The notes beneath the pieces were generated by a model. That model was not told where the DNA came from. It ran no database searches and was given only the letters and a program-made list of their open reading frames with translations. From the NCBI GenBank assembly GCA_963668695.2, contig CAXXLQ010000004.1, positions 2,336,001 to 2,400,000 of the forward strand: 64,000 nucleotides of DNA, in the 5' to 3' direction. Positions 50,900-58,856 of this stretch are shown here, in pieces (the first letter of the stretch is position 1; each line of letters opens with the position of its first letter). A program made the position numbers and the translations under genes. The DNA is from Vicinamibacteria bacterium (GTDB lineage: Bacteria; Acidobacteriota; Vicinamibacteria; Marinacidobacterales; Marinacidobacteraceae).

Positions 50900-51384
50900 A
50901 CAGCCGGTGGTGGAACCCGTGTGAGCGCCGAGGCCGGCCAGTTCTCCCGGTGGGGGCGAGGCCCAGTTCTCCCGGTGGGGCCAGTCCTCCCGGTGGGGGC
51001 CCGGCTGACAAGGCGCGTGAGGGAGGAGCCCCCACCGGGAGAACTGGGCCGCGTGTATTCCGACCGAAACGCAACGACGAGCGGCGCGCAGCGACGCGGT
51101 TCAGCCGGGATGGATCGCCGGCCGAGCCCCCACCGGGAGAACTGGGCCGCGTGGGTTCCGCCACCGGTTGTTCAGCCGGGATGGATCGCCGGCCGAGCCC
51201 CCACCGGGAGAACTGGGCCGCGTGGGTTTCATCACCGGCTGTTTGGCCGGGATGGATCGCCGGCCGAGCCCCCACCGGGAGAACTGGGCCGCGTGGGTTT
51301 CATCACCGGTTGTTTGGCCGGGATGGATCGCCGGCCGAGCCCCCACCGGGAGAACTGGGCCGCGTGGGTTTCATCACCGGCTGT
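50900..51384. mobile_element. MITE A (272 bp, five 18-bp inserts) with its right 71 bp in four tandem copies
   Basis: TA-ACAGCCGGTGGTGGAACCC; 71-bp units at 51104, 51175, 51246 and 51317. Confidence 0.9.
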
Positions 51385-51397
51385 TTATAGTGGCGCC

Positions 51398-51904
51398 ATG
51401 CCCCACCCGTCCCTGCACCGGGATCCGAGCCTGATTCCGCTTTCCCACCAGCACCAGCACGGACTCGCGATCACGGTGCTCATCGATCGGGGTCTGAAAA
51501 CCGACCCCAGTCGGGAAAAGGCGCTGGAACTCGCCGGCAAGGTGGCGCGGCTGGCCGAGGTCGAGCTTCTCGGCCACTTCCAGGTCGAAGAACGGGTTCT
51601 CTTCCCCGCTGTCCGGCCGCTTCTGCAGAACGATGAGCTGTTGGACGGCCTGCTCGCGGAGCACCGGGTCATGGAGACGCTGGTGCAGCGCATCGCCGCG
51701 GCCGGCGATCAGGAACGGATCCCGCTCCTGAAGCAGTTCGGGAAGGTGCTGCACCGCCACATCCGCACCGAGGAGCGCCAGCTCTTCCAGGAGATCCAGG
51801 CCCGCCTTGACGAAACACAGCTGGCGGATCTGGGCCGGGAAATCGAGGCGAAGGTCCAGGCGGCCTGTCCACTGAGCGCCAAACTGCCCTGGGCGGACGC
51901 CTGA
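51398..51904 (+). CDS. Hemerythrin/HHE domain protein (paralog 2)
   Basis: RDPSLIPLSHQHQHGL, HFQVEERVLFP, HIRTEERQLF. Confidence 0.88.
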   Translation: MPHPSLHRDPSLIPLSHQHQHGLAITVLIDRGLKTDPSREKALELAGKVARLAEVELLGHFQVEERVLFPAVRPLLQNDELLDGLLAEHRVMETLVQRIAAAGDQERIPLLKQFGKVLHRHIRTEERQLFQEIQARLDETQLADLGREIEAKVQAACPLSAKLPWADA

Positions 51905-52042
51905 ACCCCGTAGCGCCGCGGCACGGGGCCGGCCCGGGCCACGATCGCGCACATCGGTCCAGCGCGATGAGCGACGCTTGTGGCGTGCGTTGCACATCCA
52001 CATCCTCGCGCGCCCGCGCCGGAACGCCTCGCCGGAGGAGTC

Positions 52043-53689
52043 GTGGCTGAGGTCGCCTATCTGAAGGACCTGGTCGTCGTGCTGGCGGCGTCGGTCCTGG
52101 TAGTGGCCGTGTTGCGGCGGCTCGGCGTTCCTCCCATCGCAGGATTCATCCTCACCGGCGCACTGGCCGGTCCAGCCGCGCTCGGCCTCGTCGATAACAC
52201 CCACGAGGTCGAGGTGCTCGCCGAGGTCGGGATTGTGCTCCTCCTCTTCGGCATCGGGATGGAGCTCTCGCTCGAGCGACTCCGCCGCCTCTGGAAGCCC
52301 GTCCTGGTGGGCGGTGGACTTCAGGTTGCGCTTGCCGTCGCCGGCGCGGCGGGTGTCTGCGTGTTCTTCGGGCTGAAGCCAGGGTCGGCCGTTTTCGTCG
52401 GATTCGTGGTTGCGGTATCGAGCACTGCGGTCGTGCTTCGCGGTTTGGCGGCGCGGGGCGAGCTCGAAGCGCCGCACGGCCAGCTCGCGCTCGGCATTCT
52501 GGTCTTCCAGGATCTCTGCGTCGTGCCAATGATTCTCGCGCTCCCGTTTCTCGCCGGGGAGGGAGGTCCGCCGCAGGAAGTCGCCTGGGCCGTCGGTAAG
52601 ACGCTCCTCATCCTCGGCGGCGTGCTCCTTGCCGCGGGCGCGCTGGTCCCCCGGCTGCTGGCGCTGGCCGCCGGTACCCGCGAGCGGGAGTTGTTCGTCC
52701 TGACCGTCTTCCTGGTCTGTTTCGGCGTCACCTGGGCGCTCTCGGCGGCCGGGATCTCATTGGCGCTCGGTGCTTTCCTCGCCGGGCTCATTGTCGGCGG
52801 CAGCGAGTTCCGTCGCCACGCGACCGCCGAAGTGATCCCCGCGCGGGACGTGCTCGCGTGTCTCTTCTTCGTCTCCGTCGGGATGCTGCTGGACGTCGGA
52901 GCCGCCAGCGCGCAGCTTCCCGTTATCCTGGGGATGCTCGGGGCGATCCTCGCGGGCAAGTTCCTGATCGTCCTCGCGGCTGCGCGGGTGCTGCAGCTCC
53001 CGCTGCGGGTCGGGATCCTTTCGGCGGCTGCCCTGTGCCAGATCGGCGAGTTCTCCTTCGTGCTCCTGAACGCCGCTTCCGGAAGCGGACTTCTCGAAGA
53101 GAGCCTTTCCCAGAACCTGCTCGTCGCGATCATCCTCTCCATGCTGCTGACTCCGGTGGTCCTGGCGGCCGGCCCCCGGCTCGCGCTGCGCGCGGCACGG
53201 ATCCCGTGGCTGGACCGGCTGCTAGGCGCACAGCCGCCGGGGGCGGACGCCCGCGAACCGCACCGCGACCATGTGGTCATTGCGGGCTACGGCCTCGCCG
53301 GCCGGGAAATCTGCCGGGCGCTCCGAGAGGCCGGGCCCCGCTACCTCGTCCTGGACATTCGCGCCGAGAACGTGCGGGCCGCCAATGCCGCCGGGGACTG
53401 GGCGGTGCTGGCCGACGTCACCCGGAAGGAGGTCCTCCAGGAGATCGGCTGCGAGCACGCGCAGCTCGTCGTACTCGCGGTCAACGACCCCGGCGCCACG
53501 GAACTTGCTATCCGGACGATTCGCACGATGGCCCCCGAGGTTCCGATCCTCGCCCGCACCCAGTACGAGCTGGACCGGCCATCCCTCCACGCGGCCGGTG
53601 CGACCTCGGTCGTCACCGGGGAAAGCGCCGCGAGCGCCGGCCTTGTCTCCGCCTGTCTCGCGGCGCTTGCAAGGAGTGGGCGCAGTTGA
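52043..53689 (+). CDS. CPA2 cation:proton antiporter with TrkA-N (KTN) domain (KefC-like)
   Basis: AEVGIVLLLFGIGMEL, GILVFQDL, QIGEFSFVL, HVVIAGYG. Confidence 0.92.
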   Translation: MAEVAYLKDLVVVLAASVLVVAVLRRLGVPPIAGFILTGALAGPAALGLVDNTHEVEVLAEVGIVLLLFGIGMELSLERLRRLWKPVLVGGGLQVALAVAGAAGVCVFFGLKPGSAVFVGFVVAVSSTAVVLRGLAARGELEAPHGQLALGILVFQDLCVVPMILALPFLAGEGGPPQEVAWAVGKTLLILGGVLLAAGALVPRLLALAAGTRERELFVLTVFLVCFGVTWALSAAGISLALGAFLAGLIVGGSEFRRHATAEVIPARDVLACLFFVSVGMLLDVGAASAQLPVILGMLGAILAGKFLIVLAAARVLQLPLRVGILSAAALCQIGEFSFVLLNAASGSGLLEESLSQNLLVAIILSMLLTPVVLAAGPRLALRAARIPWLDRLLGAQPPGADAREPHRDHVVIAGYGLAGREICRALREAGPRYLVLDIRAENVRAANAAGDWAVLADVTRKEVLQEIGCEHAQLVVLAVNDPGATELAIRTIRTMAPEVPILARTQYELDRPSLHAAGATSVVTGESAASAGLVSACLAALARSGRS

Positions 53690-53861
53690 CGCGTCGTCGC
53701 TCACCGCCAGCGGTTCGCGACAGCCGGACCCCGATGCTCCGGCGCGAGCTGGCCCCGTGGTAGCCTCCGCCGCCTGATGCAGCTCGACGAATCCGCCCAG
53801 CCTCCGGAACGCAGCCGGAGAAGCGTCGTCACCGTCGAGGTGCGCCCTTCCGGTACTCGCC

Positions 53862-55220
53862 ATGATTCTCACCAAGACCCCGCTACTTGCGGAGACGGTG
53901 CGCAAGCTGGTGTCCCGGGGGGCCTTCGCTAACGCACACCGCATCCTCGAAAAGCTGCATCCGGCGGATGTGGCCCAGGTGCTGGCCGATCTGCCGGACG
54001 CGTACCGGCTGAAGACGTTCCGGGTCGTCTTCCAGCGGGATCTCAATCTCGCCGCCACCGCGCTCGGAGAACTTGGAGTCGAGCGGGCCGCGCACCTCGT
54101 GGCCCGGCTCGAACCCGCCGAGATCTCCCAACTCCTCCAGGAACTCGACCCCGATGACGCGGCGGAGTTCCTGAGCGAACTCCCGGAGGAACTCCGGGAG
54201 CAGGTGCTCCGCGGGATGCGGACCCGCGAGGCCTCCGATGTCGAGGACCTGCTCCAGTATCCGGAGGAGACCGCCGGGCGGATCATGAGCCCGAAGGTGT
54301 TCTCGGTCCCCGAGGACGCCACCATCGGCGAGACGATCGCGCGCCTCCAGGAATCTCCCGACGTGGAGATGGTCTTCTACATCTATGTGGTGGACCGCCA
54401 CGGAACCCTGTTAGGGGTCCTCTCGCTGCGCCAGCTCCTCCAGCGCCGCCCCGAGGCGCTGCTCTCCGAGGTCATGGTGACCGACGTCCTCCGGGTGCGC
54501 ACCGAGATGGATCAGGAAGAGGTCGCCCAACTGGTCGCGAGCTACCACATCCTCGCCGTCCCGGTGGTGAACCAGCAGGGGAAGCTGGTCGGAGTCATCA
54601 CCGTGGACGACGTGATCGACGTCATCAAGGAAGAGGCCACCGAAGACATGTACCGGATGGCCGGGCTCGGCGTCTCGGAGAGCGTCTTCACGCAGGCCCC
54701 GCGTTCCATCCGGATGCGGATCCCCTGGCTCGGCGTGAACCTCGCCACCGCTTTTGTGGCGGCCTGGGTGGTCAGTCTCTTCGAGGAGTCCATCGCGCAA
54801 TTCGCGATCCTCGCGGTGTTCATGCCCATGGTGCCGCTGCTCGGGGGTAACGCCGGAAACCAGACGCTGACGGTGATGGTGCGCGGCATCGCGCTGGGCG
54901 AATTGAGCTGGAAAAACAGCCGGCAGGCGCTCATCAAGGAACTCGCCGTCGGCTCGGCCAACGGGCTCATCATCGGCGTGCTCATCGCCGCTTTCGCCTG
55001 GATCTGGAGGGGGGATCTACGCATCGGCCTCGCCCTCGCGGTGGCGTTGGTCGGCACCATGGTGGTGGCGGCCGTCGTGGGCACGCTGGTGCCGCTCACC
55101 CTGCGCTGGCTCAAGGTGGACCCCGCGCTCGCTTCGTCGGTGTTCGTCACCACCGCCACCGATGTGGCGGGCTTTCTCCTGTTCCTCAGCGTTGGGGTGG
55201 CGGCGCTCACCCATCTCTGA
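53862..55220 (+). CDS. mgtE: Magnesium transporter MgtE
   Basis: LHPAD, YPEETAGRIM, CBS pair, GGNAGNQ, DPALASSVFVTTATDV. Confidence 0.96.
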   Translation: MILTKTPLLAETVRKLVSRGAFANAHRILEKLHPADVAQVLADLPDAYRLKTFRVVFQRDLNLAATALGELGVERAAHLVARLEPAEISQLLQELDPDDAAEFLSELPEELREQVLRGMRTREASDVEDLLQYPEETAGRIMSPKVFSVPEDATIGETIARLQESPDVEMVFYIYVVDRHGTLLGVLSLRQLLQRRPEALLSEVMVTDVLRVRTEMDQEEVAQLVASYHILAVPVVNQQGKLVGVITVDDVIDVIKEEATEDMYRMAGLGVSESVFTQAPRSIRMRIPWLGVNLATAFVAAWVVSLFEESIAQFAILAVFMPMVPLLGGNAGNQTLTVMVRGIALGELSWKNSRQALIKELAVGSANGLIIGVLIAAFAWIWRGDLRIGLALAVALVGTMVVAAVVGTLVPLTLRWLKVDPALASSVFVTTATDVAGFLLFLSVGVAALTHL

Positions 55221-55374
55221 GGGCGAAACCATCAGTAGGGACGGTTTTCGTCCCACCTGGCGAACACATGCAAGAGCGGTGTTCTGCTCGTCATGTTCGG
55301 ACGCGCCATGCGCTGACCGTCGGGCGGATGTGAGACACCTTTCCGAAGGACCCCGGCAAAAGGAGACAGGGATC

Positions 55375-55402
55375 TTGACATCCAATAACGCTGCGTTATT
55401 CT
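55375..55402 (+). promoter_or_regulatory. Sigma70-type promoter with overlapping palindromic operator
   Basis: TTGACA (55375-80), 16 bp, TATTCT (55397-402); perfect inverted repeat AATAACGC-T-GCGTTATT at 55384-55400. Confidence 0.65.
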
Positions 55403-55467
55403 GACTGACACTGAGTGAGACAAGGGGATGAATGGGATCACATAAGCGAAAGTAAGGAGTCGCAACC

Positions 55468-56283
55468 ACGAAACAACTGAAGTTTGGATACGTTAGCGCC
55501 GTATTGGCAACGGCACTGTTTGTCGCAATGAGTGTTTGGACCTCGGGTTCGGATGGGTCTTCGAAAGTTCCGTCATCGCCGAACCCGGTATCTACGAACT
55601 CCCTTGCGGATACTCAGAAGTCCTCTCCTCGTGCGAAAGAAGACACAGTCGCTTCCGAGCGGGTAGGAGCCAGTGTTGACGCGGTGTTGGCATATGAGTT
55701 TTCTGTGCTGGTGGACAGCAATACAGGCGACAACTGGAGAGCGACGGTAGAGAAATTCCTGTATATCGACTTCCAGCAAAGAGGGGATGACCTATGACGA
55801 ACAGGAAGCTCTTCGTCAGTTCTATCGGACGGTTCTGGACAGAAATCTCGCGGCATCGGGAGCACCGTCTGAGGGCGAAGACCGAAAGCTGTCCCTGATT
55901 CGCGAGGAGTTGCGGCGGACGGCGCTGGCATCTCGTCTCCCCCGGAAAACATCACCGTTCTCGACGAGAAGGAAGACAAGACACAGACACGGTCTGGGGG
56001 CGACTGCGACGACTGCGACACGTATCAGGGGTGCGCGTGGCGAGCGAGGAACAAATGTCAGCGCTACGCTGACGCGGAAGCAGCGGTGATCAGCGCGGCT
56101 GCGGTCTATGGATGCACCTTTGTAGGTGTTATCGGTGGCACGGTTACTGCCAACCCACTGATCGGCGTAGGTTCATGTCTTGCGTGTCGCTTGCTTTCGG
56201 CAGGTTATCTGAACTACATAAAGAGACTGCTGGAGGAGGAATGCACGGTGATGACGTGCGGGTACTATCCTCATTGCATCTGA
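55468..56283 (+). CDS. Putative secreted precursor of a Cys-rich bacteriocin-like protein (ACG start, two compensating frameshifts; may be a pseudogene or assembly error)
   Basis: AAGGAG RBS then KQLKFGYVSAVLATALFVA signal peptide; ORF fragments 55504-55797, 55787-56089 and 56086-56283 join at G4/C5 runs; C-terminal 93 aa contain 10 Cys. Confidence 0.5.
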
Positions 56284-56323
56284 AGGAGAAAATGATGAGT
56301 GATTCTTTGCACACGAGTGGGGA

Positions 56324-56749
56324 GTGGAAATAGGTATGAAGTATTGGAGGACATGGAATTGCTCTTTGGTGATCGGACTGGGTTTGAGTGGAATCCCGTT
56401 GCTTCTGGTGTGGCCGGGGAACGCGACGGACGCTCTCTTCTTGCCGACGATCGGAGTCGCACTGATGTTCATGTACGCATACAAGAATGGGCGTTTGTTG
56501 CAGCGTCGCGCCGTGTTGGCATGGAGTCTCGCGTTGCTGGTTATTCCGCTTCCGTTGGTGGCCACGACGTACTTTCCGGAGTCAAACCAACATCCATGGT
56601 CGCCGACGTCCGCGGCGGTCGTAACGGGCTGCGGCCTCGCGGCGGCGGTAGCGATCGCGGCAGTGTTGGCGGCAGTCGCGCAGCGAGGCGCAACGAACGG
56701 CTGGTTTTGGAAGTTCCTGAGGGCGATTGATCCCAAGGGCTCCGGATAG
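56324..56749 (+). CDS. Small 4-TM membrane protein, candidate immunity protein (true start possibly 56292 with a frameshift)
   Basis: Four hydrophobic segments; directly follows the Cys-rich gene; AAGGAG-ATG at 56283-56294 is in a different frame. Confidence 0.55.
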   Translation: MEIGMKYWRTWNCSLVIGLGLSGIPLLLVWPGNATDALFLPTIGVALMFMYAYKNGRLLQRRAVLAWSLALLVIPLPLVATTYFPESNQHPWSPTSAAVVTGCGLAAAVAIAAVLAAVAQRGATNGWFWKFLRAIDPKGSG

Positions 56750-57243
56750 TACGAACCTCGGGAGTGGCCGGGGGCTTCGGACCGAAATCGAGTGGCCATC
56801 GGCCGAACGACGCGCGTGCGAAATGTGGCACCTTTGCACGGCTGAATCCCCGGCGGCGCACCCATTGGCCGCGGGTGGGCGTGGAGCGGCGGAGACCACC
56901 CGGCTGCTTCGTGGGCGGTGGTAGGTCGGGCGGCAGCCGCTTGGGCCCGAGGTCGCGGTCGAGGTCTCCGCCGGCGGCCCTCCAAGGCGCTCCGGGTGGG
57001 GGCACGGGGAGCGGTGGACTTCGTGACGGGCGTGGAGACAGCTCTCGCGGCCGAAGCGGGGTTGCCCATCGCCGCGCAGTAGGCCCGTGCGGCGACCGGC
57101 AAAGCCGTGGCGGCAAGCGGCAGGGATCGCGCGCGATGGATCGGAGGAACGGTTGTCTGGTGAAATCCCCTGGGGATTTGGCCCGAAGTTCAGTCAAGAA
57201 TTCCAGAGGTTCCACCCATCCACGCCATTTACGCTCATCTCCC

Positions 57244-58020
57244 ATGCCCCTCAAGCAGTCCCGCGCTTTCGTCCTCCGCACCTACCCGGTCGCCGAGGCC
57301 GACCGGGTGTGCGTGTTGTTCAGCGCCGACGAGGGGAAGGTCCGCGCCTGGGCCCGCGGGGCCCGGCGGCCCAAGTCACCGTATGGGGGCGCCCTCGACA
57401 TCGGGAACGAGGTGGACGCGGGCTGGTTCGAGCGGGAGGGCAGGGAACTCGTCAGCCTCGACCGCTGCGAACTCGTCACTTCCGCGCTGCCGCTGGTCCG
57501 CGATCCGGTGCGGGCCGCGGCTCTGGGCTACCTTTCCCGGCTCGTGGACACCTTCGCCCCCGACCGGGAAGCCGACCCGAGGCTTTACCGGCTGATCGCC
57601 GCCTGCCGGGACGCGCTGCTCGACGAGCGGCCGGCGGAACTCGTAGTCGCCTATTTCGAGGCGTGGCTGCTGCGCCTCTCGGGGCTCTATCCACGGCCCG
57701 GCCGCTGCGCCTGCGGGTCGGGATTCGAGGAGGGGGGGGCGGTGTTCTTCGCCGCCGGCCCGGTGTACGCCTGTAGCCGGTGTGCCCCGGGGCACGGAGA
57801 ACCGACGGACCGTCTCTCCTCCGGAGCGCTGCGTCTGCTCGAGGCGTTCTGGGTGGCGCCTCCCTCTGCCTCTCTCCCCGACCTCTCGTCCGCCGGCGAA
57901 CTGTTCCGTTTCCACGGCGGACTGACCGCCGCCTTCGCCGAGCGGGCGCTCCCGGCCCGCCAGGCGCTCGAGGGCATCCTCCGGCCTGGAGCCGGCGGCC
58001 TGGGAGAGGCCGCCCGATGA
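57244..58020 (+). CDS. recO: DNA repair protein RecO
   Basis: [42 protein letters not shown], Zn-finger-like Cys; upstream of glyQ. Confidence 0.92.
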   Translation: MPLKQSRAFVLRTYPVAEADRVCVLFSADEGKVRAWARGARRPKSPYGGALDIGNEVDAGWFEREGRELVSLDRCELVTSALPLVRDPVRAAALGYLSRLVDTFAPDREADPRLYRLIAACRDALLDERPAELVVAYFEAWLLRLSGLYPRPGRCACGSGFEEGGAVFFAAGPVYACSRCAPGHGEPTDRLSSGALRLLEAFWVAPPSASLPDLSSAGELFRFHGGLTAAFAERALPARQALEGILRPGAGGLGEAAR

Positions 58021-58856
58021 CGTTCCAGGATCTGATCGCGAAGCTGTCCGGCTTCTGGGCCGCAAAGGGCGCCGTCGTAGCGCAGCCCTACGACATGGAA
58101 ATGGGCGCGGGGACCATGCATCCGGAGACGTTCTTCCGGGTGCTCGGCCGGGAGCCGTGGAAGGTCGTCTATGTGCAGCCCTCCCGCCGGCCCGCTGACG
58201 GCCGCTACGGCGAAAACCCGAACCGCCTCTACAAACACCACCAGCTCCAGCTCATCCTGAAGCCGGCGCCGCAGAACATCCAGGATCTCTACCTGGAGAG
58301 TCTCGCCGCCTGTGGCGTGGACGCCGCCGAACACGACCTCCGTTTCGAGGAAGACAACTGGGCGGCGCCCACCCTCGGGGCCTGGGGAGTCGGCTGGCAG
58401 GTCGTGCTCGACGGGCTCGAGATCAGCCAGTTCACCTATTTCCAGCAGGCGGGCGGCATCGAGCTTGCCCCGATCTCGGTTGAGATCACCTACGGGCTGG
58501 AGCGCCTCGCCATGTACCTGCAGGACGTGGACGACGTATATGACCTGGAATGGACTCGTGGGGTGGACTACCGCACGGTGCGGCTCGCCGACGAGCAGCA
58601 GTCGTCGCGCTACGCGTTCGAGGAGGCTGACACTCAGGCGCTGAGCCGGGGTTTTGACGAGGCCATCGCCGAGGGTCCCCGTCTGATCAAGGGTGGATTG
58701 GTGCTGCCAGGCTACGAGCAGTGCCTCCGCGCCTCGCATCTCTTCAACCTGCTCGATTCCCGCGGCGCTGTCTCCGTCAGTGACCGAGCGAGGCGGATCC
58801 TGGCCGTACGCGGCGTGGCCACCGCCGCTGCGAACCGCTACCTCGAAGACCGATGA
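58017..58856 (+). CDS. glyQ: Glycine--tRNA ligase alpha subunit
   Basis: [46 protein letters not shown]. Confidence 0.97.
   Translation: MTFQDLIAKLSGFWAAKGAVVAQPYDMEMGAGTMHPETFFRVLGREPWKVVYVQPSRRPADGRYGENPNRLYKHHQLQLILKPAPQNIQDLYLESLAACGVDAAEHDLRFEEDNWAAPTLGAWGVGWQVVLDGLEISQFTYFQQAGGIELAPISVEITYGLERLAMYLQDVDDVYDLEWTRGVDYRTVRLADEQQSSRYAFEEADTQALSRGFDEAIAEGPRLIKGGLVLPGYEQCLRASHLFNLLDSRGAVSVSDRARRILAVRGVATAAANRYLEDR

Noticed and set aside
51104-51384. Regularly spaced repeats resembling a CRISPR array (also 16998-17207)
   Set aside because: The intervening sequences are near-identical rather than unique spacers, the unit is the MITE end, and no cas genes are present
56764-57243. Upstream extension of the recO ORF or a possible ncRNA/gene remnant
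   Set aside because: RecO homology starts at 57244, and I could not assign any recognisable motif to the upstream part
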